From NCBI GenBank assembly GCA_963836085.1, contig CAWIHT010000014.1, positions 7,187 through 71,186 of the forward strand: 64,000 nt of DNA. The letters are read 5' to 3'. This DNA is from an uncultured Actinomycetota bacterium (GTDB lineage Bacteria; Actinomycetota; Acidimicrobiia; Spongiisociales; UBA5794). Both the position numbers and the translations under genes were made by a program. Below, one piece after another: positions 10,819-19,467 of the stretch (position 1 is its first letter; every line of letters starts with the position of its first letter). Under the pieces are notes generated by a model that had not been told where the DNA came from, searched no databases, and was given only the letters and a program-made list of their open reading frames with translations.

Positions 10819-11808
10819 TCAGGCGTGGTAGACCTGCCGGCCGGGAATGGCACCACGCACGCCACCGGCGGGATTGGGCACATCTCCCGCCCGTCGGGGA
10901 ATCAGGTGCGTATGCACGTGCCCGATGGTTTGCCCTGCAGCAACACCGTCGTTAACGCCGATGTTGAATCCCGCGACGGTCGGATCGATCACCTGAATCG
11001 AGGACCGGGCTGCCTGCACTAGCTGATCCACAGCAATCGCCTCTGGTCGGGTCAGGTCGAAGCTTGACGCTACGTGGCGTTTGGGGATTGCGAGCGTGTG
11101 CAGCGGCGTGACCGGGAACGCATCGCGGATGGCGAATGCCAAGCGATTCTCATCAACAACTCGCTCAGACACCTCAAAGCAGAATGCGCACCCCGCCTCT
11201 CGTTCCTCATAGACGGCATCAACCTTCCGGAAGTCGACGTCGTCTCGGTTGCCCTTGCTCTGATTGCACCGATAGCAAAGTGCCTGGAGATTATCGGTGT
11301 CATCGGGACCGCCGCGTGATCGCGGCATGATGTGATCGACCTCCAAGAATCGTTCGTCAGCTGGTACTCCGCACAACTCGCAGCGGAAGCGAGCGCTCTT
11401 CAGAACCTCATACCGTGCCGATCCGGGGATGTATCCTGATGTTCGGGCTCGGTGGCCCCATATCTCCTTGCCTCGCCGTTCGACGTAGTCGTCGAGGCGC
11501 GCCCTGCAGAGTTCCGTCAGATTGGCGAGCTGCTGGTCGTCCAGGTCAGCAAAGCCCCGCAAGACGTAGGAATCCCCGTCCTTGGCCACAACATTGTGCT
11601 TCCGAAGCACGCGGCCCGGCATCTGATTGACGATCCGCCGGTAGTAGTCGACTTGGCTTCGATCGTGCAAGACAAAGGCTGTGGCAATCTGCGCGACCGA
11701 CGCCGAGCCATTGCGTCGCAGAAGCTCCAGGAGCATCACCGGTTGATAGATGTGCGACATCCTCATTCGGTTTGCAACGAAGTCAGCTAGATCGTCGTAG
11801 TCCGCCAT
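10819..11808 (-). CDS. wHTH - HNH endonuclease - HIT hydrolase fusion protein
   Basis: Internal ATG at 11808 (MADYDDLADFV...). HNH: 'CELCG...VDHIMPRSRGGPDDTDNLQALCYRCNQSKGN'. HIT histidine triad: 'GHVHTHLIPRR'. The N-terminal 'SHIYQPVMLLELLRRNG...' resembles a winged-helix DNA-binding module. Confidence 0.8.
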   Translation of the reverse strand: MADYDDLADFVANRMRMSHIYQPVMLLELLRRNGSASVAQIATAFVLHDRSQVDYYRRIVNQMPGRVLRKHNVVAKDGDSYVLRGFADLDDQQLANLTELCRARLDDYVERRGKEIWGHRARTSGYIPGSARYEVLKSARFRCELCGVPADERFLEVDHIMPRSRGGPDDTDNLQALCYRCNQSKGNRDDVDFRKVDAVYEEREAGCAFCFEVSERVVDENRLAFAIRDAFPVTPLHTLAIPKRHVASSFDLTRPEAIAVDQLVQAARSSIQVIDPTVAGFNIGVNDGVAAGQTIGHVHTHLIPRRAGDVPNPAGGVRGAIPGRQVYHA

Positions 11809-12071
11809 CTCAGCGACAGTATCCCACCACGGACCCCAGGCTGTCGGCAGCCTTTGCTGGGTAGCTCTCGGCGGCAAGGCCGGTGACGGGTGCGTCGAGA
11901 GAGATGTCCCGGCGATCGTGGCACACTCGCTGATCTGAACGAGACGCCAAGACCCCTTCCTCATTCCGCCGTGAAGTACCTTGCAGCAGCGGCTCAGCAC
12001 CACCCGCAATCTCCACCTACGGTGACAGGGGGCCGAATCGTGCGGCCCGACCCACCGCAGCGCCCGATACG

Positions 12072-12785
12072 ATGCATCGCATGCAACCCGGCGACGTGAT
12101 CTCATACCTTGAAATGTGCACCAGAGAAGGGGCCTCGCTTCAGCGTGGAATGAACTTCCAGCTCGGTACCGATCACAGTGTGGTCCTGATGAGTGTTCGT
12201 CCTGGTGCCCCCTATCACGATGAGGTCATCGACGAGGGTCGAACGCTCATCTACGAGGGCCATGATGAACCGAGCTCGTCCCGCGTGCCAGATCCGAAGA
12301 TTGCCGATCAGCCACTCCGGACTCCGAACGGAACGCTCACGCAAAACGGCCGCTTCTATCGGGCAGCGGAGAGCTACCGGAATGGAAACAGTGCGGCCGA
12401 ACGAGTGCGCGTCTACGAGAAGGTCCGCCAGGGGATTTGGGTGTACGCGGGGCTCTTTCACCTTGTGGATGCCTGGCTTGAGGAGTCAAATGGACGGCGG
12501 GTGTGCAAGTTCAAGCTCTCGCTCGTCGAGGGCGCACTCGACATGGACCTTCCGGACGACGAGGGCCGTATCCAGGATCTCGCACACACTCGGGTCATCC
12601 CCACGCATGTGCGCCTAGCGGTTTGGGCCCGGGACCGGGGCCAATGTGTGGAATGCGCGGCAACGGAGAACCTGCATTTCGACCACATCATCCCATACTC
12701 CAAGGGTGGCTCGTCGCTCACCGCTGAGAACGTCCAGCTCCTGTGCGCCCGACACAATCTGGCGAAACGGGATCACATCGGGTAG
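12072..12785 (+). CDS. SRA/PUA-like modified-base-reader domain fused to HNH nuclease (putative type IV, modification-dependent restriction enzyme)
   Basis: The C-terminal HNH is 'CVECAATENLHFDHIIPYSKGGSSLTAENVQLLCARHNLAKRD'. The N-terminal ~160 aa has an SRA-like layout ('SVVLMSVRPGAPYHDEVIDEGRTLIYEGHD...DQPL...VRVYEKVRQGIWVYAGLFHLVDAW'). An alternative start lies at 12081. Confidence 0.7.
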   Translation: MHRMQPGDVISYLEMCTREGASLQRGMNFQLGTDHSVVLMSVRPGAPYHDEVIDEGRTLIYEGHDEPSSSRVPDPKIADQPLRTPNGTLTQNGRFYRAAESYRNGNSAAERVRVYEKVRQGIWVYAGLFHLVDAWLEESNGRRVCKFKLSLVEGALDMDLPDDEGRIQDLAHTRVIPTHVRLAVWARDRGQCVECAATENLHFDHIIPYSKGGSSLTAENVQLLCARHNLAKRDHIG

Positions 12786-12889
12786 ACGCCAGATCTAGGT
12801 CGCCGCCGAGTTGCGCGACGCTCGCGCAGCGGGCCGAGACAGTGTCTGGGAGTGCCAGCGCAACTGGCGGTCGAACTCCCCGTGTCCGT

Positions 12890-13399
12890 CTACGACTCGC
12901 ACCCAATTCCGTCCTTGTCCCCATCGAAGCGATGCGGGTCCGGGGGAAGGACCGTGAACCGCTTTCGACTGATGTCGCCACAGTTCAAGTCCGGCGGTGA
13001 CGGCGGAATGCAGAAGTCCGGATACGACGGGTGACAGTTCTGCTGGACTGTGGTGGTGGTCGTGGGAGCCGCAGTAGTTGTGGTTGTAGGCGGTGTCGTC
13101 GTCGTGGTTGTCGGAGGAATCGTGGTTGTGGTCGTTTGAGCAACAGTGGTGGTCGTTACTGGGGCAGTGGTGGTCGTCACTGGGGCAGCAGTTGTCGTGG
13201 TAGTCGGAGCAGAGGTCGTTGATGCCGGTTCGGACGAAGTCGTCGCAATCGGCACGGCGGCGGCAACCGGCGCTGGCTCGACGGCTCCCGATCCGCTTTC
13301 GCCGATGAGACCCCCCGCCACACTGAGTGCGACAACCCCTCCAGCGACGCCCATCGCAGACTTCTGCCAGACGCTTCGATTGCCCCACCAGGTGGACAT
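12890..13399 (-). CDS. membrane-anchored protein with Thr-rich linker and C-terminal Excalibur calcium-binding domain
   Basis: N-terminal TM 'AMGVAGGVVALSVAGGLI', a long T/P tract, and a C-terminal 'DPHRFDGDKDGIGCES' matching the Excalibur DxDxDGxxCE signature. Confidence 0.75.
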   Translation of the reverse strand: MSTWWGNRSVWQKSAMGVAGGVVALSVAGGLIGESGSGAVEPAPVAAAVPIATTSSEPASTTSAPTTTTTAAPVTTTTAPVTTTTVAQTTTTTIPPTTTTTTPPTTTTTAAPTTTTTVQQNCHPSYPDFCIPPSPPDLNCGDISRKRFTVLPPDPHRFDGDKDGIGCES

Positions 13400-13881
13400 C
13401 AGATCTCGCCTGCGAACGATCGGTTCAGGTGCGGTTCCATTGATGTGCTATCGGCATCAAGGAGGCAGATAGTGAGGTCATCGCTGAGAATGCCGGTATG
13501 ACCTGGACCAATCGACAGCGAGAGACCGGTCGCTACCGCTTCTCGGCACTCCCCCGCACCTCGTTCTGCTGGGTACCGAGCGGCGTTCTCCTCGAACTTG
13601 GCCCAGAAGGCGTCGTTCAAGTCGATCTCGAGAAGGTCGGCAATACGCACGACGTACTGCAGGATGTCGACGAGTTCCTCGCCGACATGCTGGAGCACCT
13701 GCCCGTCGACGTCTCCCGACTCGCCTGGAGTCAGCCATTGGAAGATCTCGAGCAATTCGCCCACCTCGCCGGCGAGCGCCATCGAGAGGTTCTTCGGGGT
13801 GTGAAACTGCTCCCAGTCGCGTTCGGCGGCGAAGACTCGTAGGTGTTCAGCCACCTTGTTCAGATCCAACGGCTCGGTCAC
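13399..13881 (-). CDS. MazG-like all-alpha NTP pyrophosphohydrolase (dCTP pyrophosphatase-1-like)
   Basis: 'FHTPKNLSMALAGEVGELLEIFQW...VGEELVDILQYVVRIADLLEIDL...NAARYP'. The GTG start overlaps the DUF2075 stop (GTGA, 13878-13881). The last ~45 aa look unnatural. Removing one base from the C5 run at 13550-13554 gives '...YPAERGAGSAEKR*' ending at 13532, the usual family length. Confidence 0.8.
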   Translation of the reverse strand: MTEPLDLNKVAEHLRVFAAERDWEQFHTPKNLSMALAGEVGELLEIFQWLTPGESGDVDGQVLQHVGEELVDILQYVVRIADLLEIDLNDAFWAKFEENAARYPAERGAGECREAVATGLSLSIGPGHTGILSDDLTICLLDADSTSMEPHLNRSFAGEI

Positions 13882-15830
13882 GCCTCCACCTCCTCCGCTA
13901 CCCCGGCTCCCTGTTCTGCCGCCGCCGCGTCCGCGAACATACTGCGACGCACCGCTTGGAAGTCGACCCTCGACTCGAAGAACTTCCGGGTCGGCTCATC
14001 TTCGAAGTAGATGTAGCAGCCCTTCATACCTCGGGTCAGGAGAACCCGATATGTCTGCTTGACAAGTTCCGTGAATCGGTCGTCGTCCTTCTCTCGCTTG
14101 ACCATGCTGTCCTTCGAGAACTCTCGCTGCCCGATCCAGCCCTCGCGGCCTCGATGCACGAGGTCCCTGCCGAAGATGACGCCTACGTAGTCGACTTCGA
14201 ATCCCTGGGCTGTGTAGACACAGCCCACTTGATCCAGACCTCCGGGTTCCGAGACCCAGAAGTCTGACTTCGGAATGCCCTTCGCGAGGCCCGTAGCACC
14301 GGACTTGGCGTTCCACGGCATCGACCAATCTGGCAACTGAACGTCATGTACGAGTGTGCCGTCGTCATTGGGGACTGACCACGGCCAGCAGAAGCCGGCG
14401 ACCAACCGCGCGGACTGGCCCGTCGCGGCCTTCTGGTTGATCAGCGCCTGGAGTTCCCCAGGCGAATCGACAATGTCGAAATCGAAGGCGGCGTCACCCT
14501 CCCACAGAACGCTCGTAGTCCGGCGAAGGTCCAGCGTGTTGTCGACCCAGGAGACGAATCCGTCGGACCCTCCGCATCGGAACTGAATGTCGAGCTCGTA
14601 CTCCAAGAGCTCCGCACCCATCTTGGCTGCGTGGGACTTGATGAGATCCTTGCTCCCAACCTCGCCCGGCCGCACGACCTGGAGATCGTCAATGAAGAAC
14701 ACCGCCACCTTCGCAGTGTCGATCAGTTCCTCGATCTGGGGGCGGGTGGACCGGTTCGCCTTCTTGGTGAACCGATTGTTGCTGGACTCGCGTATCCGGT
14801 GAGCTTCGTCGCAGATCAATACGTCGAGGGTGTTCGGGTCGGCCGTGGCGTAGGTGTTGAAGTAGTTGAATTGGGCGGAGGCTTGCTTCCCGACCTTCTT
14901 GCGGATGTTCGAGGTGAAGGCTCTCGATCCCGTTGCATGCTGCGTGCTGTATCCGTTGGCGGATAGCTCTGCGACGAGGTTCAAGGCGATGACCGACTTC
15001 CCTGTGCCGGGCCCTCCGTCGACAATGAACACCGAGTTGCCAGCCTTCTGGTGTTGCTCGGCAACCTTGGCGATGACCGTGTTGAACACCACCTTCTGTT
15101 CATCGAGCAGGACGTACGTCGGTTCGCCCTTGATCATCTGTGCGGTGTGGTCGAGGAGCTTCTTCGAGGGGTGGTACTTGCCGGCCAGGATGCGGTCCAG
15201 CACCGGCACCCCGTTGCCACCTCCGAGCCGCTCGTCCAGGTGGGTCGCCAGTGACGAGATCTGGTCTCCGGTGAAGACGGGATAGACCTGCAGCAAATCG
15301 GCGTGACGTGGAGCGAACACCTCATCGTCGTCATCCCGGACCATGTTGTGCAGGAAGCTGCACGCCTGCAATCCGACCTCGTCCTCGGAGAACGTGCTGT
15401 GGGTGTCCTTCAGGTAGCGGTGATAGCCACCGACCTGCGCGGACGGATGGAGAACTTCACGCTTGCGTCCTCCAACGAACGTCAGCACACACTCCTCGGC
15501 CGTCGACGGCGACGACTCACTCCACTGCTTGAGTTCAACGATGACGGCGTTCGATCTGCCTTCTGGGGTCGTACCCGAGATGAGAACGTCGAGCCGGCGC
15601 GAGGCAAGCGGCAACTGCCACTCGACGACGACGCCGTGATCGTTGAGCCCGGCGAGTTGCACGGCATCAGCCATTGCCCGCAGCGAGTTGCGCCACGACG
15701 CCACCTCGCTCTTCGGCGCCTCGTACCGAAATGCCTGGACGAACGATGCGGAGACCTTGTCAGCGATCAGGTTCTGCGTGGCGTCGGAGACAAACTCGGT
15801 GGATGTGCCGGTGTAGAGATGCATCGGCAT
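13878..15830 (-). CDS. DUF2075-family (Schlafen-helicase-like) ATPase with N-terminal PD-(D/E)xK-like nuclease module
   Basis: 'RRLDVLISG...AVIVELKQW' is a nuclease-like D...ExK motif. Walker A is 'VDGGPGTGKS' and Walker B 'VLICDEAHR'. C-terminal 'YTAQGFEVDYVGVIFG...TYRVLLTRGMKGCYIYF' is typical of DUF2075. Confidence 0.85.
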   Translation of the reverse strand: MPMHLYTGTSTEFVSDATQNLIADKVSASFVQAFRYEAPKSEVASWRNSLRAMADAVQLAGLNDHGVVVEWQLPLASRRLDVLISGTTPEGRSNAVIVELKQWSESSPSTAEECVLTFVGGRKREVLHPSAQVGGYHRYLKDTHSTFSEDEVGLQACSFLHNMVRDDDDEVFAPRHADLLQVYPVFTGDQISSLATHLDERLGGGNGVPVLDRILAGKYHPSKKLLDHTAQMIKGEPTYVLLDEQKVVFNTVIAKVAEQHQKAGNSVFIVDGGPGTGKSVIALNLVAELSANGYSTQHATGSRAFTSNIRKKVGKQASAQFNYFNTYATADPNTLDVLICDEAHRIRESSNNRFTKKANRSTRPQIEELIDTAKVAVFFIDDLQVVRPGEVGSKDLIKSHAAKMGAELLEYELDIQFRCGGSDGFVSWVDNTLDLRRTTSVLWEGDAAFDFDIVDSPGELQALINQKAATGQSARLVAGFCWPWSVPNDDGTLVHDVQLPDWSMPWNAKSGATGLAKGIPKSDFWVSEPGGLDQVGCVYTAQGFEVDYVGVIFGRDLVHRGREGWIGQREFSKDSMVKREKDDDRFTELVKQTYRVLLTRGMKGCYIYFEDEPTRKFFESRVDFQAVRRSMFADAAAAEQGAGVAEEVEA

Positions 15831-16358
15831 GCGAGGTTAGTTGGAGGACTCGGTCTGATCACCGAGCACGGACCGAGTTCCACGCTTCTCGCCAGCAGCG
15901 TCGAGAAGGTGGATTCTCACGTCAGGCGGCCGTTGCTCGTCCATGGCACGTTGGGCGCCACTGCATCGATGGAAGCGAATGAAGTGTTGGCAAGGGAGGC
16001 TTGCCGCACCGAGCTCCTGAGGATGGTTGATGTGACCTCCCCGGCTTCGCCCCGTACTCGGGGGCCCGGTGGAGGCGGGTCGCGCAAGCTCCGCAACCGA
16101 TTCTTCGACCACGGAGGCCGCCAACTCCGGTGGGCCCAAGGCAGCAGACGATCCGCGCCCTTCCAATGGAAGAGTCCTCTCAGCCCGGTTGGCGCAACTC
16201 GAACCCCTGGTGTCCTGATCCGTAGCTCGGTAGCGAGACGAACCGGAAAGCCTCGGGATCACACAGATCGACCTGGTTCGTTTGATTCGATTCGGAGCCA
16301 ATCGCACCACAAAGCGAAAAGCAGGGGCACGACAAGAGAGAACTCCTAGCATTGTTGG

Positions 16359-17448
16359 GTGAGCGACACTGTCTGGGCACTCGAACCCCATACCCGTGCG
16401 AAGCACGAAATCCTACGCCGATACCTCGCCGCTTGGTACCCGATCATGGCGAGCAACCAGCTCAGAATCGTCTACCTCGACGGATTCGCGGGTCCGGGCG
16501 TGTACGAAACGGGTGAGGTAGGTTCACCGAATCATCGCGTTGGAGACTCTGCTGGACTCCGCAGCCTTGACCATGCCGGGGCGAGGGTTCACGTTCCTCT
16601 TCATGGAGGAACGAAAGGATCGGGCGGAACGTCTCGAAGCGGAGATCGAAACGCTGTGGTCACGCTCCGGAGCGAAACCAACGAACGTTGGCGTGGATGT
16701 CTGGAATACAACCTTTCAGCATGGTGTAGATGGCATCCTCGACATCCTGTCCGGCGAGCGGCTCGCTCCAACCTTTGCGTTTGTAGACCCGTTCGGGTGG
16801 TCCGGGGCACCGATGGAGGTGATGGCTGCTCTCCTGAACAGCAAGTGCGAGCTCCTCTTCACGTTCATCTACGATCAGACGAGTCGTTTCATTGGGCATA
16901 CCAACGAGAAGGTCATCGCCCACCTGGAAGGCCTCTTCGGTTCCTCAGGTTTCAGAGACGCATCTTCCCTCAGCGGCGAGGAACGAAAGCTCTCTCTCTT
17001 GGGACTGTTTGAATCCCAGCTACGGGATGACGCTGGGTTCGAGTATGTGCATTCGTTCGAGATGATCAACGAGCGCGGCAAGACCCCATACTTCCTCATC
17101 CACGCCAGCAATCACATCAAGGGCGCTGAGAAGATCAAAGACGTGCTCTGGAGTATGGACCCGACCGGTGACTTCACGTACTCGTCGTTGATCGATGGCC
17201 GGCAGATGCGTTTCAACGACGAGATCGACATTGGACCTCTCGTGGAAGCGATGACTCGCGAGTTCGGCGGTGGCTCGGCGCCGATCAGGACAGTGGAGGA
17301 CTTCGTTATCGGCGACACGCCGTTCGCCAAGAAGCATGCTCGACAGGCACTCAAGATCCTGGAAGCATCTGAGAAGATCACCGTCGCGAACCGTCGAAGG
17401 CGCAATACTTACCCACCAGGCAGTTCAATCACCTTTGGGCGGTTCTAG
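16359..17448 (+). CDS. tcmP: three-Cys-motif partner protein TcmP-like, with an apparent 1-nt frameshift near 16530
   Basis: The N-terminal frame reads 'WALEPHTRAKHEILRRYLAAWYPIM...VYLDGFAGPGVYETGEVGSP', then the frame of ORF 16540..17448 continues 'IIALETLLDS...FAFVDPFGWSG...'. An extra A in 'ccgAAtc' (16530-16531) separates the two. Family recognised from memory (TIGR04474-type). Confidence 0.7.
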
Positions 17449-17510
17449 GGCGACGGCGACGGCGCTGTGTCGGGGCCACTCAACTCAGCCATGCCAAGAG
17501 GGAGGCGCGG

Positions 17511-18260
17511 ATGAGCAAGACCGGAATCGAGTGGACCGAACACACCTGGAATCCCGTGACAGGCTGCGACAAGGTATCCCCGGGGTGCGACAACTGCTAC
17601 GCAGAGCGCATGGCCCATCGATTGCAGGCCATGGGTTCGAGTCGCTACGCAGACGCCTTCCAGTTGACTCTCCATGAGGACAAGATCGACGAACCGTTGC
17701 ACTGGGGCAAGCCGCGGATGGTGTTTGTCAATTCGATGTCCGACCTATTCCATCCCGCGATACCGGATGATTTCCTGTGGCGAGTGCTTGCGGTCATGTC
17801 GGAGGCCACGCGGCACACATTCCAAGTCCTGACGAAGCGGCCCCAGAGGGCAGCGCTGCTCCTCGAGGGTCAGCGGCTACCCGACAACATCTGGCTTGGT
17901 ACGAGCATCGAAACTGAGACATATGCATTTCGAGCCGACCACCTACGAAGAGTGGCTGTGGCGACACGCTTCCTCTCTTGCGAGCCACTGCTAGGACCTT
18001 TGAGCAACCTCGATCTGAGTGGCATCTCCTGGATCATCGTCGGAGGAGAATCAGGCCCGGGGCATCGGCGGATGCAATCGGCGTGGGCACGCGATCTTCG
18101 AGACCAGGCGACCGCATCCGGTACCTCATTCTTCTTCAAGCAGTGGGGCGGTCACACGTCCAAGGCAGGCGGTCGAAACCTTGATGGCCGCGAGTGGCTC
18201 GAGTTGCCCACCGTGCGCGGGCGGCACGCAACTCAATCTCAGGCGGCTTCCAACCGATAG
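17511..18260 (+). CDS. DUF5131 / phage Gp37-Gp68 family protein (N-terminal three-Cys motif)
   Basis: 'IEWTEHTWNPVTGCDKVSPGCDNCYAE', 'VFVNSMSDLFH', 'FQVLTKRP', 'FLSCEPLLGPL...WIIVGGESGP...FFFKQWGG' match the family hallmarks. Confidence 0.85.
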   Translation: MSKTGIEWTEHTWNPVTGCDKVSPGCDNCYAERMAHRLQAMGSSRYADAFQLTLHEDKIDEPLHWGKPRMVFVNSMSDLFHPAIPDDFLWRVLAVMSEATRHTFQVLTKRPQRAALLLEGQRLPDNIWLGTSIETETYAFRADHLRRVAVATRFLSCEPLLGPLSNLDLSGISWIIVGGESGPGHRRMQSAWARDLRDQATASGTSFFFKQWGGHTSKAGGRNLDGREWLELPTVRGRHATQSQAASNR

Positions 18261-18313
18261 CAAGGCATGAACACCTCGCCGACGCCCACAGAAGTGATCT
18301 CGGGCACAACACT

Positions 18314-19467
18314 ATGAACATTGTCGCGATCGTCGGCAATGGTGCCTCAATCGTCTACAACCCTTCCTTCGCCCTCGGAGCGCTCACCTATGAGGTGCTC
18401 GATCGATTCAGCAGCGAGAGCGTGAATGCCTTCACCGTGGAGCGAACCCTCTCTGATCTGGCCCGGGCAGCTCGAACTTCGGGGTTGAGCGACGGGTTGT
18501 CTTTCGAGGAGCTGCTCGGGCCATTCGATCGAATGGCCGATGGAATCGATGCAATGCGAAACGTCGCTCGCTACGTGCCAGGCGGCCTCAGGTATCGTGA
18601 TGATCTCGAATCCGCGACGGTATTCGGACGAAAACTGTATCGCCGCTCGGTGGGCACGGCGCTCCAAGTGATCGCAGAACTGAGCCACGATCAGGGTCCT
18701 GATCCGCTAGCGGAGTCGGGCAAACTCATCGGGTACCTTGCAGACCTCGTATCGGGCGGTGGCGTTGTTCGGGCGTTCACGTTGAACTACGACTGCCTCG
18801 TTGATTCCGCTGCACTTGAGCTGCACGAAGATGCGCAATCACCAATCTGCCTGAGCGATATGGCTGACGGGAGGCATCAATCGGACATCGACATCCTCAG
18901 ATCAGGCGACTACAGATCAGCGTCGGCTCTCCCCCTCAGAAGCTCTGACGAGGAGTACCTCGGTGGACCTTCGGCCATCGTCGTATACCACCTTCACGGC
19001 GCGCTCGACTGGGTTCGCGACCACAGTGGCAAGGTCTGGAAGATCAAATCTGTCGATCACCTGCGAGCGGCCAACTTCTGGCATCGGTATCCGCGAGGCG
19101 GCGCATTGGTCTCTCCTGTCGTTGTTCTCACAGATCAGAAGGCGCACTACATCGAGGGTGACCCGTTCGCATGGGCCTACCGGAGGCTTCCGTACGGTGT
19201 TGGGACCTCAGCGACGTGCCCCCTGACCTCGTGCTTATTGCTGGCTATGGCTTCGGAGACCTACCACTGAACCTCGCCCTCGCCGAAACCCTCCCTCTGA
19301 CCAACTGCCCCATCGTGGTGATAGGAAAGGCAGAGAGTCGGACAGGCCTGCGTCGAGTTGTCCTGAGCGGACTCGGGCTTCGGGGATCAGAGCAACGGTC
19401 CGTGGCCGGTCGTCTGCAAGTGCTGATTGAGGGCCTGCCGGACTCATTGTCTCAGATTCAGATCTGA
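18314..19467 (+). CDS. SIR2-like (SIR2_2/DSR-type) domain protein, with an apparent frameshift near 19202-19204
   Basis: Internal ATG at 18314: 'MNIVAIVGNGASIVY'. Motifs 'FTLNYDCLVDSA' and 'VVYHLHGALDW'. After 'AWAYRRLPYGVG' the sequence continues in the frame of ORF 19171..19467 ('DLSDVPPDLVLIAGYGFGDLPLN'). Adding one G to the GGG run restores one frame. Confidence 0.7.

Noticed and set aside
12950-13250. Long ACC/ACG/ACA-rich tracts here and at 100-190, 8990-9080, 24880-25000, 25680-25720, 51180-51230 and 62370-62440 that resemble simple-sequence repeats.
   Set aside because: They encode Thr/Pro/Ser-rich linkers of secreted proteins and lipoproteins in frame. They are not CRISPR arrays or microsatellites and have no regular spacer structure.
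13397-13401. ATGA stop/start overlap between the MazG-like gene and the Excalibur gene, suggesting a three-gene translationally coupled operon.
   Set aside because: The MazG C-terminal 45 aa that create this overlap are probably a frameshift artefact (the C5 run at 13550-13554). With the corrected stop at 13532 there is a ~130-nt gap. The genes are still co-directional but not demonstrably coupled.
16190-16310. tRNA-like fragments ('GTAGCTCGGTAGCGAG', 'GGTTCG...GATTCGATTCGG') in the divergent region between the DUF2075 and tcmP operons; a possible tRNA gene or att site.
   Set aside because: I could not fold a cloverleaf: there is no matching acceptor stem, the D-loop is too short, and there is no T-stem. 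At most this is a degraded remnant, and the evidence is too weak to call.
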